A stretch of DNA of 64,000 nucleotides. It comes from Lingula anatina. Lineage: Eukaryota; Animalia; Brachiopoda. The stretch covers positions 68,054,788 through 68,118,787 of the forward strand of contig CM120640.1 in the NCBI GenBank assembly GCA_051362555.1, in the 5' to 3' direction. Shown here piece by piece: positions 9,050 to 23,818 of this stretch (its first letter is position 1; every line of letters begins with the position of its first letter). The notes beneath the pieces were generated by a model that was not told the origin of the DNA, searched no databases, and saw only the letters and a list, made by a program, of their open reading frames with translations. The translations under genes and the position numbers were made by a program.

Positions 9050-12000
9050 GGAAATGTAATTGGGATTCTTTTTACATGAACTAATTGTTGAAGAGCAGAA
9101 CGCTCACATAAGGGTGTTGGAAATTAATTCCTTGCCTTTCATTCAAGTAAAAGGTTAAAACACCATCTGTGCAGCACTCTGCAAGTGCTTTACATTTGTC
9201 AAACCACTACCCTCTACCTGGATCACAAAGAGAAAGGATTTTAGTAGATCTTCACACATATATTCTCTGGATGTTTCTCCACATGTTTATGTACCATATA
9301 CTGAGAATTTTTTTGGGGAAAAAATATGGTTCTCCAGCTGGCCCCTGGTGGCAAGCATCACATCGCTGGTCTTCTTTGATCACACTGTACGAAAGACTTC
9401 TGTATTCATATTTTTTCCTATGTTGTTGAGTCATATAAGTATACCATCATGAAGGGATTAAGTACTTTTTTGAGGCCGAGTACATTTTGTGTTTAGTGTT
9501 ATATACTTTTTTTTCAAAGGAAGAAAATTTAGTCTGTATTTGACAAATGGTTACTTCATAAATTAATCAAAATAACTGCAGAAATGACATTAAGTGAGAA
9601 TTGTAGGAATTTGTCTTTTTACTCTAAATATATAACTGATCAGATCTTATTGTCAACTGATTCCAACTGAATACAATTCAAAGTAATCTGCACAAGTATT
9701 GCCAATAGTCCAGAAGATATATTTTTGCCAATGAAAAAATATTCAGTTCCTTTTGACATAAATTTTAGGATCTTGTCATGATAAATGCAACTTGTCATGA
9801 AATTTAATTCAGTTATAAATATCATGGCCGAATAAAGGAGACTATGAAAAAATGAAGTGTTCTATTTAAAGTATGGGAATCATCAAGATCCTTTGTGATA
9901 TTATGGAGCAGTCCAGAAGTAAATATATGTTGTTAGGCTGAGGACCTGTGAAAAGTTGTTTCAGTCTGCTGGAGATGTGGCGTGAGCATACCAAAGCAGT
10001 TACCTAAATCTAGGTGATGACAGGGAGCGTTACTTTGATAGGATAAAGCTACCTACAGTACATTGAAACTGAGGGTGGTATAAATATGTATAAAGTGTCT
10101 ATTTCAATATCAATGACCTTGACCAATGACTATTTTTAAAATTCAAGTAAATCACTTGGTTATGCTCTTAACCCAGAGCTGAATGCGGCCTTCCAAGAAG
10201 TACATCAGGAATGATTAATACAAATTGCAACTGCTTTTAACATATAACTTTACTTTTGAAGTAAAGGAACCATTTGCCATTTTTGACTCCTAATATTTCA
10301 GTTGAACCTATATTTTTTTTTCTTTGTGGGCAAATACTACGCATATACATGGTGCAGTTATCATTTTTTGCATACATGTTGGCCATAATGTAGGACTGAC
10401 ATGTTTATTACCTCATATCTAGAGCAAGGTTGAAAGAGATTGTTGAAACGTGCTCCTGTAATTAGTATTCCGTTAGGGCCCCCCGATTTTCCAGCTGTGA
10501 GTACGTGAACTGAAAACTGGAAAGAAGATTGCATCATGGATGATGTTTTGGAGTTTTGCAGATCCACAATTCCTCATCAGACTTCACAGTACAAATGTGC
10601 GATACTGCATTTGTTTTTGTTTCATTTACAAAAATATGCAGTTTTCGACATCAACAATAATTGTTATTTAAGGGATTTTCATGTTTTAAATAAAAAATTA
10701 AAATTACGAAACTTGGGACTTGCGGTGCCATTCTCTATGCTAATATTATAAAATATAAGCAACACATGGAATGAAGCATGTTCTTTATTTAAGATTTTAA
10801 TGATAAAAATAGAGCAAATCCATTTAAAACTTCTAAGAATAATTAAAAGTCATGATCTAGTATTCCCAAGAAGTCTATTTACAATTGTCTAACATCTATA
10901 ACAATATACTGAAAGATATTAAGAAAGTATGAATGAGTGAGTGACTGCCCAGCAGCCGAATAAGAGTTTCATAGGCTGTTTTGTTTGCTGCTCTGGGAAA
11001 TATCAGTGAAAATATTGAGCAAATACAATTGCAAAGCTTGCTATAGTTGTAGAAACTACACAAATAATTTTGACGGTGTTAGGCGTGGTATTTGCTGGCG
11101 TTTAAGAGTCAAAACCACTAAATATTATATATACATATGGTGAACAGCATTCCTATGAAGTCCTTTTCATAATTAGGCACACTCATTTGGAAAAACAAGA
11201 AAAAAAGTCCCAATGCTTCCATGTGCATGAAAAAAAAAAATGTTACAGTTATTTACAGTTTGGTAACCTTCACAGTATTCACGGTCTAACTACAAACCCA
11301 CCTTTGAAAAAATCGGGGTATCTGAGCCACAAATAATACACCATCATTTGCAGTAACTCTTACAAATTACAATCAAGTTTCAGTTAATCCTAATAATGCA
11401 ACCACTCAGAGGTCATAAATACTTCCTACAGAAGAAAATACCAAAACTAGCTGTTGGTCCTTGTGATTAATTCTTATACTAAATCAACTGAATTACATTT
11501 TTTTTTTTTGGAACAGAAGTTGTTTATCATGTCTGTTTCAGCTATTTACATCATATCAAAGCAAACAGAATCATATTTAGCAAAACTGTTATTCTCACAG
11601 ATCTATCTGTATAGTAGCACCACTATGGTTTAAGAAAATCAAATAATTTAGCCATCCTTTCTGTCCATTTTATGGAACCCTTCAGGCGAAGCAATAAAGA
11701 AGAATTACACAGCATAAGGCTTTTTAAGAGTATCATTTCCTTTGGCAAGCTTTTAGACAGGAAAAATACACCTGTATATAATAAACAAAATGGGTACGGC
11801 ATGGGCACTAGATTTTACTTAGAAACACCTACACTTTCTGATGTGTGCAAAATATTTTAATTGCATTTTGTCATTATAATCATAATCCTACATATCCTTG
11901 AATATATGTAGGGAATAAAACAAGCTGTAATAACCTACTGATAGTTTTCTTTAAAATCATATTAAAACACCATGCAACATGTTATTATGCATTTTTTAAC

Positions 12001-13673
12001 ATGTAGTTGCCTTCTTCACTGTATAACATCACTAATTTTTATAAGCTGTCAAGAATATTTAATTTTTTTTATGAGGCAAGGAGTAAATCTGTAATAACAA
12101 CAAAATGGTACATTTACCATTAAATCTATATACAGTGATGCTGGTCTTTCCTTAAAGCAATAATATAATGAAGCAAGCTCATGTTACAATGAAATTAAAA
12201 TTCAACAAAGACATCTTGTGACAATATCATTACAAGATTCAATGGTCTCATAACAAAAGCATAAAAAAATAATATCATGATTTTCGCTTCTTTTGATACC
12301 ATGCTCTTATTTTGTTTTGAAGTATTACATTCCAGAAAAAATAGAACTTATGTCACTTGACCTTGAAAATATCCCATTTCAAAATATGCCTCAATTAAGT
12401 GCAAACCTCTTGTAGCAATCACTGTCAGTCTTGAAACTTATAAAGTTTATCTTATCACTCACAAAACAGGATATAAAACTCCTTGTGCTTATTACAGGCA
12501 ATGTTTTTCTTAATCAGTCAGGTGTGGGTATTCTAAATATCATGGTTGTACATCTGTTAAATGTGCTCACTCTAAAATTAACACATCTTGATATGCTAAA
12601 ACAACATGAATATCAGCAAAACAGAGCTTTACGTATATCAAAATTGACAAAATTTCAATGAATGGCCATTACTTTCAACTAAAAAAAAAACCCTTAACAT
12701 TGCTCGGCGGGACAAGGTGACCACCTCCTGTAAACAAGTACAAGGTATTCTATATAGGGTTTTCATGCCAAATCTCATTTTATTCAGGAATCATTGCTTG
12801 CCTATCCCTGCACACCGATTCAAAGTGTTGTGCCATTTCATATTAAATAAGTTACTTTTGAATAAATCTGGCTTAATTAAGACAGCTATGTCTTCTCAAC
12901 AAGGATAAATTAACATCAAACTTTTATTTGAGGGATTTTATCATTTCTATGGCCTGAATTGCGGGAAGATTAGTATCTCTGCAGGATATTTAGACATAAA
13001 ATTGTGACTTTGGGACATTTCCAAATGCCTATAGTATACCTTTAACCCATGTTACTTCATACATTGTTGTATAAGCATGATATAAAAACAGACTTGACTC
13101 ATCATTGTGACTACCTGTGACAAAAGCTTGATGTTGGCTTCAAGCACAACAAACTAACTACATATGGGAGCACTAAGATATCAGGGACGAACAGATTATT
13201 TTGTCACCAAGGTGCACCTTCATATATAACTTCTATACTTATACAAAGTCTTACATGCAATGTGCACTTCCACTGTCCTTGATAAATGTGGACTTCAACT
13301 GCTTTGACAGCATTTAAAGAAAACTGATAACTGTGCAGATATATAAGCAATCAAGGTTTAACAAACTCAAGCTACTGTCAGCTATATACTTGATCTACCT
13401 CTTACCCTACTAAAACCTGAGACAAGCCTTTATAGCCCTGATCGAGTTTGTTCAGGAGAGCTTGCCCATACAAATTGGCAGATCTTAATATTTCCCAATA
13501 TGATCTAGTGTCTGTAGAAATACTGAGAATTTCAAATTAAATTTTGAAATTCAGGATGATGTTTCCACCCCCTATATATAAGTAGCAATTTAAGATAAAG
13601 TATGTCAATCCATCATTGAGATAAGGTGTAATACTTCCATACAGATAGTGTATTTGTATAGTTTCCCAAAAGG

Positions 13674-16600
13674 TCACACCAGCACAGGATGGCCTTGAAC
13701 ATCTTCACAATCCTTGCCCTTGTCGTACTCCTCAATCTCCCACTGCATATTCTGCATTATAAACTTTACGATCAGCTGGTAGACTGTGTGTTTTGCTTTG
13801 ATTTGAACTGACATGGCAATGAAGAAGGAAACGAAAAATAAAACCCCACAAATCAGGGTAACTATCTCCTCTGTTGTCAAGTCAACTTTGTTGCGAGGGA
13901 ATTTGCTGATCTGGCCCTTATCTGACAGAAAACACATAACAGTAATGACTGCACAGGACAGCATGACAATGACATTGATGAGAAAGACGCTGTGGAGGAT
14001 TTTGTCTCGTCCATTTACCCTCGGGAGTCTGAAGTGGTTACACTGGAAGAAAGACAAGTTCATATTCAGATCATCTGAAAATAATAATATTGAAATAACT
14101 ATGATCAATCTATTTGATTAAATTTGACATTAACATACTCCCTGGTATTAACTGTCACAACTTTTTATCAAAACATTTAGCAAAAAATGTTTTTCAACAA
14201 TCAAGAAAAATCTAAGTGTGCAAAAAGCACCATTATCAAATATTTTTTTACTATTTTTTTCCATTACTGTGAATTCAGTACACATATATAACAAATTCTT
14301 AACAACAAGCATCATATATAAAAATGCATATCATGCCATCTTCTCAAGCATGAACTTCAAATGGTTACAAATATATTTAAGTGGGCTAAAAATAGGAAGA
14401 CTGATTTTTCTTCAAGGAATATCATGCATACTGAGATCCACCCTTGCTGATTCATTAAATTCCCCCTAAGTCCCGCAGACCTGTCAAAAGTGAAACTTAA
14501 ACCCTATTAGTAAATAAATTGTGTTTAAACTGACAGAGTTGTCCTAAAGTGAAAATAAAATTCAGTGCACAAATAAACTTTGGCACCAAATTCAAGGATA
14601 ACCTGTAACCTGTAATCTAACCCACATACAGAATTTTCTACATGCAGAACTTTTTTCTACACTGTACATGCTTCTTGTCATGTTGATAGTTCATTTGAGG
14701 TACACACAGACTGTGTATATACGCCTATAGTAGTAAACTACTCCACTCATAACTGACTGTTCTGTTAAATATAGAATACTACACTAGATACCAAACACCA
14801 ATTTAGCACTGGAGTTGTATCCTGTAGTTTGGTGAACAAAACACTCCTTAAGGAAGTTCAATAATTTGGGCACAGTCAATATTACAAGTTAAATTGACAT
14901 ACATAGACATATAACTCTAATTAAAATATATATATATGCTTAACTTGTACCCTCAGTTTACCCTTCATAATACTTACTTTGAACTTCTTGTGCCGATGAA
15001 ACTGGTAATGACACAGCTCACACTTGGGTGGCTTCCTAGTCTTGCGTGAGCAAACTTCCAACCATCTCTGAAATATATATATATATATTTTCTGCAATTA
15101 ATTTTTTCTTACAAAAATTTGTGTAAATTACATCTGAATAAGTCCCAATTGTAAATTTTCAGAAAGTACAGGTTTATTATCTATCCAAAATAAAGGTGTC
15201 TTGATCTTCAGTCAATGGGATAGTTTTTTTTTTTTTTAATTTGTAAATTTGTAATGTACCAGCCATAGCAGCAAAGTACTTTTCAGTGTTACAGTAATTG
15301 ACGCTTCACTCCTTACATTTTCACGGAGAACACAACTACTAATTTAACATTTGCGAAGGTTAACTTCTTTTAATGAAACAGCAAAATGAATGCTTGTATA
15401 TGTTATCTTGGGAGTTGTATGCCTTTGATGAGAAGAGCCAAGCAACAGAAATATATTGATAAGCTGAAACATGAACGTGTTATATATCAGTCATATATAC
15501 CAACATACTTGGTATACAGCCAAGATATGCAGTAGTCTATTGACTCAACTTAAAACAGGAGTGGATTTGAACCCATGAGGGTACACAACCCAAAATTAAG
15601 GTAAATATCAAGCCCTCAGCTGCAGAGCCACAGGGCAGCTGACTTCACATGCTAATCAATACTGGTTTGCTAGCTGCAACATGATGCTGCTTCACAATGC
15701 AAACTGTGACTGTGTGCACCTATACTATAATTATCATACTTAGACACAAAACTATCAATTGCTTTTCACCTTAAAAAAATCAATAATTGTTATTTCCCAT
15801 AGTATGGCCCATTTCCATGAAACAATCCCCACATTTTAAGACAAATTTTCCCATAATGATTTACTCTGCTAAAAACATCATAGTTAAGATGTATAGTTAT
15901 GATATTCACTATTCGCAAGTTTACCATTGGTGTATTCAGGAGGAAAATTATAATCCTATTAATTTTAATAGAAATTTTGGGATAAATGCATCTTTCCTTC
16001 AGTGTTTGACTTGTTAACTCAATATTGGCCTTGGCATTTGGCTTGAAATAACCCTGTGCATAGGGGGCTATATTTTGCCAAAGTTACATATAGATATGTA
16101 CCAGTCCATTTTCAATGTCAATAATGTACCTAACCACCCCTTACCAGAAATAAGGATAGTCCCAGAGCACATATTTCTTCTTTTTTTTTTTGGCCTTGAA
16201 TTCTTCATATAAAAACAGTCCTCCAAGACCTTTCCAAAATATATATCTAAAGCCAAGTCACAGCTGTGTGCAATGCTAAACAAACTTACACTTTCATTTC
16301 AAAAAACTTTTACTGAGTCTTACATAACGTGTTATGAATCAGAAAATGAAACTAAATAAATAAATGAATCATTGAAATGAGGTCACTTGCAATAACTCGA
16401 TCATTGTCTATTTGTCTCAAAATTTTCATTTGGCTGGAAGCAAACTTAATTGTAGCACATGGGTGACATCTACTCACCTTTAAACATGTGACATGTATAA
16501 ACTGAAGGGTTCCTGAGCACCTGCACGGTGAGATCAGTGCATCCTGGGCTGTGTCTGGCATATGGCATATCCGACAGATTGGGTTCAAAGAGTTGGCCGA

Positions 16601-16756
16601 ACTAGCCTCAGAGTAAGGTGCATCTGGCAAAGGCAAAAGGTGTTTCTTTGGTGATTCCTCCGACTGGGATGAAAAACTCTGCCCCTCCATAGGATTGATA
16701 TGTATTCCAACGAGAGGCAAGAAAGGCGTAGGTCCCTCTTCTGGTGGATCCCCCAT
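13674..16756 (-). CDS. MARCH-family membrane-associated RING-CH E3 ubiquitin ligase (3 coding exons, about 245 aa)
   Basis: Exons 16756-16478, 15067-14978 and 14042-13674 join in frame. The C4HC3 RING-CH reads CRICH...[23 protein letters not shown]...CELC and is followed by two hydrophobic helices and a WEIEEYDK tail. The acceptor at 16796 implies upstream 5' UTR exons. The paralogue cannot be assigned. Confidence 0.92.
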
Positions 16757-16860
16757 TCCTCTTTGCTGTACAATTTCTATGAACAGATCCTTTTTCCTAA
16801 AAGAAAACAATGGAACCTGTTAGCTGTCTGCCTGCACCTTGCTGTGTCTGATTAACACCT

Positions 16861-16871
16861 GGGGAAATCCC
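16861..16871. promoter_or_regulatory. NF-kB consensus site upstream of the first MARCH coding exon
   Basis: GGGGAAATCCC matches GGGRNWYYCC. Motif match only. Confidence 0.35.
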
Positions 16872-17288
16872 AATATTAGCCAAATCACACTCACAGCCAG
16901 ACAGCATTCCTGATAACAGCTTTATTCAAGTAAATCTATAGCAATTGAACCTTACCTCTCCTCAATCTTATCTGAATAAGACGTTAACCTCAAAGGTGAT
17001 ATAATACTTACACATATACTCTGTATATTCAAGACTCAAATACTTGGAAACGGGGCCAATGCTACAGCTGCATGCCTCTTTCCCTTAAAGCATAACATCC
17101 TACAATACAATACACAGAAGACGGTTCTATCTTTTAAATGCCTGTCCTGTCCTTTAAGAAACTTAACTGACTCTTGACACTGAGGTTATGTCCCCATTGA
17201 AGAATGATAACATAGGACTTTTCTGTTATATAAAAAAAATATTAATAGTATTGAGTTTCCCTTTTTCTCTATGATGTCATAAAGATTT

Positions 17289-17349
17289 TGCACTGAATTC
17301 ACCTTTTTTAATACATTATGCACTGAATTCACCTTTTTTAATACATTAT
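17289..17349 (+). repeat. 30-bp tandem duplication
   Basis: TGCACTGAATTCACCTTTTTTAATACATTA occurs twice in tandem. Confidence 0.9.
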
Positions 17350-20276
17350 TAAGTAGTTTTTATTTGTCCTCCAGCTGTATCTTATGTTCATTTTGGTTAA
17401 TCTTCCCCATGGGCAAGCCATTAATGTCACATATAAATATATTGATTTATAAAATCAGTATATAAAATCTATGTCTGCAATGGTAATAAAAAATGTCAAA
17501 ATTTTCTGTAAACAATATCCCCGCCATTTTAATCACCATTCCCCATTGCATAACAATCAACAGCATCTACTTCCCATACCCAGTATTAATTATGTCTAAA
17601 AGAAAGGTCACCTACATGAAGAAGTTGGCAATGAAAATTAATAACAGATTAGTAGAAGCAACATCTATTGTGTATCTTCAGAATACCATTCTATTTGTAA
17701 TCATGATGATGCGAGTTGGATGCCAACTTTGCTGTCAGAACGGCATCTCCAGGATGTGTTTCTATATTTGTACAGCAACCCTTCAGGCTCTTGGCGTGTT
17801 AGAATACAAATCATTGGCTCAACTCTACAGCAAAATCAATTCTCTGAGCATCATTAGAAGGTACATGTAACAGAGAGTACCTGAATAGCTCTGGTCCTGG
17901 TTTATTAGGAAATAAAGGACACAAGTAGCCTTAGCTTTGTCTAAAAATATATGTATGAGTGTAAGTTCTTCAAACACATGAGGTTGCTCAATTGCTGTTA
18001 ACATTATTTCCCCGCTTATATGATTAATTTACTGACAAAAACCCTAATGGATCCATAAAATGGCAACAACAATGAATTATCCAATGCACTGCCACTTGTG
18101 GACGGAAGTTATCTAATACTTAATGCCCTTAATAATAAATGTTCTTTGTCCAACAGTTAGGTCAATATTCTATGAAATCAATGAATTATCAAAAAAACCC
18201 ATGACTCATTAACTTACTACGGTTTCATTCTACATACCCAATCGCTTGGTCCAATTTTACTTAAAAAGACAATCTTTGCTTACTTGTAAGTAAGAAATAA
18301 AATTAAAACTGTGATAGTGAAATAGTGTAATCAAAAATTAAAACACCTACTAAAATGCCTGTCTCCACCCAAACAAAACAAAACCAAAAATACATGCATT
18401 GCTTAAAGTATGATGAAATGTCAAATGTGAATTTTAGCTGATGCAAGCAATCAGAAATACACAATGGCTGGCAGAGCTCACTCTCTCTCTTTCTCTCAAA
18501 ATTTTGATTGGTCACCTGCCTCCAATCACTTCTCTCTCTTCATCCAAAAATTAAATGGATAATAAAAAATCCATAGAATGGGTTATAATTGAAAACATTA
18601 TCATCAAAATTATCTTAGTCTGTTAAGAAAAGGTTACAATTTGAAACCCAAGCTGCTGAATGCAATTTGTAATTTTATAAAGAAGTATTCTCAATTCACT
18701 TTTTTCAAAATCCACATGCTGAATTGTTCAGATTACATCATGTGATAAATTATTCCCTACTTCACAAGCACTATCAAATATCACATGAACAGTCTTTTTC
18801 AGTGTGAATTGTAGCTGGCCTAAAAACCTGTCAGCAACAAGGACACCTCAAACCACAGAATGTGACCGCAAATGAAAACCTGTTACCAGTGTACAATGAA
18901 TTTATGACATTATATATAATCCCTTTTGTCTACTGACAACTCATCACACAGCATATAAACTTCACTACTCGGTGTAATAATAACATTTCTCTTTTTCACA
19001 GAGCCCTGTTCTACTGAATTAAACTTTGTTGTAACTAGATAGAATAGCTTAATTCTACTGACTTCAGATGTATAAAATGGATAATAAACTACGAAAAATA
19101 TGCACCTCTGTGTAATTTCTTCCCACAAGTATTCAGCACTAAAATTCTAAGGAGGTTAAATAAGGACACTGCTTTGTCCTCCAGTAAACTTTCTTAGGCA
19201 ATGCCCCAATAGACCTCCCTATTTCAACAGAGTAGAAAAAAACAAAACAAAAGTATGACCAAACAATCAAGGCAAAAAGGTCACTCAGCTTGGTTTAAAG
19301 ATCCAATTTCAAAATAGCCTTTGCTTGAACCTTTTTGGGGTTAATCTTAAATCAACTCAAGAAATGGATATTGCTCGACATAAATTATAAGCATAATTAA
19401 ATAAATGTGTGTGTGTGTGTATCTGTGTGTGCATAAATAGTATATCATATCTATAGGTAAAAAAATTAATTTAAATCTAAACTAACAACTAACAGTTTGT
19501 TAGTATTCATTATAAGTATAAAGGAAAAATCTATCATTTTTCAACTTGCATGGATCGGTTATTTAAATTTCCCCTTTGCAGAATTTTTGAGTATAAAAAA
19601 ACTTTGTGGCTACCAGTACTTAACATTACTTATATATTCCAACATGAACTTGGCATTGATGATGGACGATGGTAGCCATACATGAAGAAAGAATATTTGT
19701 CTGCAAGCAATGCTAAGATTTTACAATCAATTAATATTCCATTGTTAGGAGCTCCAAGTTAGGAGCTAGTAAGCTTGAAACAATAAACAAATACACTGCA
19801 TATTAGCACAAAATATTATTCAGTATTATTTTCTTCATATGCCGTTTACATTGGTAAAATTATCCTTTTTTAAGACCATTCACAATATATCTGTAAAATA
19901 CCAAATTTGCCAAAAGTATTTCAATACTGGAAAACATCCCTTCCACTTTTTACCTTCCAGTACATGATATATACTGACCTAACGCACAAAAATACTAACT
20001 CAATTAAATCACAAAATAATTTTTTTCAAACATTCAACACATGTATTTTATCAGGTTTCTTCTTAACCCCAGTCTAACCCATCTATAATCATGCAGCAGG
20101 CTTACAGTACTTACAGTAGCTAGCAGACCTAGCCTGCCTAGTGCTAAGGAGGATTACAACTTACACAAAGTAATAACATGTAAGGTATTCTAGTTAGTAC
20201 ATGTACTGTACCATATTTTTACTAAATGAAGTACTAAAATATTCTGCCTCTTTGTCTCCCCAACCCAACTCTTAAC

Positions 20277-21211
20277 CACGCTCGGCTGTCACCTTGATTG
20301 GATAGTAAACGATTGTCGTAAAATCGCTAAATGATATTAAAACCGGGTGCATAAACTTGAAAACCACCTACAACAACCTTGGACTACCACATTAATCCAA
20401 TACAATGCAAACATAAACTATAACAAGTGGTTAAAGCCTTCAAACCGAATGTCGTAAAGTCCCCATATACCTCCATAGAGACAATAAAATAGAATGAGCT
20501 TGTGAAACAAGAAAAATCCAGTTCCAACATAATAATCGAAATAAAATACTGCCGGGCATCGGAGCCCCCTAAAACTTGGCACGCTTACCGCTAATACTGC
20601 AGGCTACATCATCCCGTCGCTCGTTTGTAAATTCCGTGCATGGCATACGCACAATCAAACCGTAAAAAACAAATTCTCGGGGTGTCGTTGGCCAGGTCCA
20701 CTCTATCCTACCATTACGAAAAAGAAGCCATGCCATTGGACAATGCGACCTCTGCGGTTACGTCATTTCCTGAATTGGATTGTTGAGTGGACCTAGCCAA
20801 CGACACCCCGAGAATTTGTTTTTTACGGTTTGATTGTGCGTATGCCATGCACGGAATTTACAAACGAGCGACGGGATGATGTAGCCTGCAGTATTAGCGG
20901 TAAGCGTGCCAAGTTTTAGGGGGCTCCGATGCCCGGCAGTATTTTATTTCGATTATTATGTTGGAACTGGATTTTTCTTGTTTCACAAGCTCATTCTATT
21001 TTATTGTCTCTATGGAGGTATATGGGGACTTTACGACATTCGGTTTGAAGGCTTTAACCACTTGTTATAGTTTATGTTTGCATTGTATTGGATTAATGTG
21101 GTAGTCCAAGGTTGTTGTAGGTGGTTTTCAAGTTTATGCACCCGGTTTTAATATCATTTAGCGATTTTACGACAATCGTTTACTATCCAATCAAGGTGAC
21201 AGCCGAGCGTG
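20277..21211. mobile_element. 935-bp foldback element with 427-bp near-perfect inverted arms, an 81-bp spacer and an 8-bp TSD
   Basis: The left arm 20277-20703 (CACGCTCGGCTG...) is the reverse complement of 20785-21211 (...CAGCCGAGCGTG). I noticed one mismatch near the inner end. TSD CTCTTAAC at 20269-20276 and 21212-21219. Confidence 0.95.
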
Positions 21212-21735
21212 CTCTTAACGAACAGGGGAACACATTTTTGAAGGACTACAGCTAGTACATGTACTACTGTATCATGCAAGGATGGCAAGACTGTTATACA
21301 CATGCAGCCATAAATAATATGTTTTAGACTGACAGAAATGTGCAAACATTTTTTTCTAGCAGCAGCACTGAATGTGGTTTGTTCCCCCTGGCACTTTTGA
21401 TTAAGATGTTATAATATATCATCGCCCTTTCTTCCAGCCAAAGTTAAAATAGTACACGTTTGCATTTACTTAATTAAATGAAATTAAGAATGTATACATT
21501 CCTTTCCCAGGTACAACATGACTCAGTAGGAGAAGCCATATAAATCCTTTTAAAACAAATTACGAAGTTAGGCCTACACCGTTGCATGTACACCATGAAA
21601 AACCAAAACAATGCACTTTTCCTTTTAAATGTCGTTCAGTTGTTGAGTTTTAAAATTTTTCGTGGCATTAGAACTTAAGTCTGAATTAACAAGGATTAGT
21701 TAATTTTATATTAAGAAAAATTACATTATACTCAC

Positions 21736-21840
21736 CTCCTGAGAGTTCAACACCAACTGTCAACAAAAAAGCCCTTGCTACCCCCTACAGGTATTGTTTG
21801 AAAACAGCTGACAGTGTGACCTACTTTCGTTGTTGCGTTC
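21736..21840 (-). other. Probable non-coding 5' exon of the MARCH gene
   Basis: Strong donor GAG|GTGAGT at 21735 on the minus strand, at the edge of a CpG-containing promoter-like region, with no in-frame ATG. The 5' boundary is uncertain. Confidence 0.5.
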
Positions 21841-23818
21841 AAACAAGCAAATTTTCACGAAAAAAGTCAGAGTCTGAAAAACCCAATCACCTGGTTGAAT
21901 TGATACGCCAAGGAAAGTTTGCATGCACTGACGCTAAATTTAGCAAAATGATGCTATTTCTTGTTATAAGACAATTGTGTGCTCGTCTTGTCTAGGCCAG
22001 TTCTAGGCAAACGAACGTGTGTGTAAGTCACGTGACAATCACCAAATGGCAAGCTATACTTAGGGTAAAAAAATAGTTTCTCTCATGACAGGGGGAAAAA
22101 GGTGACCGAGAAAAAAATGCCACCACATTGATAATATAACAAAACCTTGCATATGTAAGATGACGAGTTTTCCTAGCGCAAAATTCTGGAACCAATGACC
22201 ATAACAAGAATAGATTAAATACCGAAATGCGGAAAGAGACTATAGAAATACAGAGCACGTGCACGACCTCGTGTTGCAATTAGTCACTGGTTTGTACGGT
22301 TATGTTAAAAAATCCAGCAATCGTTAAAAACATTGTCATGGAAATATATCCAAAAACCATGCCAAACTAAGGAGCACTATCATTTTAAAAACATTTTAGC
22401 CTACCAGTAGGCTACACCATGGAATATAGGCCTATGGTGCGTTATATTTCCATAGCTACACTGACACTTTGCACACACAAACATTGTTCCAAAATTCAAA
22501 TGAAAATAATACCCCGGTGCAATACAATGGTGTACTATTGCCTAAATACCTGGACTTAGAGATATGAAAAATTAATTCAAAACTGCGGTCCTGGTAGAGG
22601 ATATGTAGGGAAGAACGGTGCTTTGATTAGCTGTAGTTCAGAGTTAAAAACGCTGCATATCTAGAAGATGGTACGAAATAATGGAGCTGAATTGTCTCTT
22701 TGAATATATTGTTTAAGTGCATACAAGACTATGTGCGTTGACAATTAATCGGGGTAGCCTATAGCTGTTTTTGGTGTATATTTGAGCACATGGCAGGCCT
22801 GTCGAGGGGGCATGTTTGACCCTACGGCTATATATAGGCCTATATTCGTATACTTTAAAGCCCTTGAACTTCTTTTGAAAGTCTTTATATAATTTTTTAA
22901 TGCTCGACCATTCTAGCACGGATCAAGGTGCCTGCATTGGTTGGATTTTTTTTCTCTTTTTACATAACTTACTTTTATCTTTTTTCCCTCTATAGAATTT
23001 TATCCCGCTGGTGCAGCTACTTACATATTTTCAGTCTTGTAAAAGAAAAACAGCAACAGACTAAATTCCAATTTTAAAAGAAACTGTTCTCAAGAAAAAA
23101 AGCATTCTTTTTAAACGTGAAAGATGCAATCTCCAAATTGGTAGACCAATGGGTTCCAGCTACGATCTGAACATGGTCTCGCTACGCTTTAAACAAGGTG
23201 GAACGTATAGCTCAACAAAATCAGTTGCATATATGGCACCAAACTACATCGCACATATCATGATCACATTCAATGCTCTATGAAAACAACGATTAATGTT
23301 TGAAAATGATAGTTTTCCCTTCTATATAACAGCCTCTACATAGGCTGCAATCGATGTTGATCTGGCCACACCCACAGTAAAGGACGTTCGTCTATACATG
23401 CAGCTGTCTTTTGGCTAACTATAGGGCCTAGGCCCAATAAAGCACATATACGATCAGCATGTACGTAATCAGTCAGCCGACTGAATTATGTCAAATAAAT
23501 AAAATATTTTGTAACAGACTATATACAGTCAGAGACCCCTGTGGGCGGGTGAAAAGTCTATAAATCTATATCCGACATGCATAGATCTAGCTGCCGATCC
23601 CTATTAGGCCTATATTTAATCTATTTAAACCATATTTAGTTACACAAATTAGCGAGTGCCATTAGCACAAGAGAAACCGATTCATTGAAACTTACAATTA
23701 CATTATAATATATCATAATATAAAGTCGATAAACCAGTGACACTAGTCCTGATCTTGAGTAATTCATTGAGAATTACGGTTTCGTTTTGAACAGCCGTAG
23801 GCCTAGTCAAAGAGATAC

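Noticed and set aside
10014-10072. GTGATGA...CTGA resembling a C/D box snoRNA
   Set aside because: There is no terminal stem, it is not in an identified intron, it is short, and no rRNA complementarity was recognised.
10463-10742. CpG-containing block with TAG...CTA ends (Academ-like?)
   Set aside because: The putative TIRs match too poorly and there is no clean TSD. It may be an old repeat but cannot be supported.
17493-17870. 125-aa plus-strand ORF and similar AT-rich ORFs throughout introns and UTRs
   Set aside because: No recognisable domains or splice-consistent neighbours, and composition is typical of non-coding AT-rich DNA.
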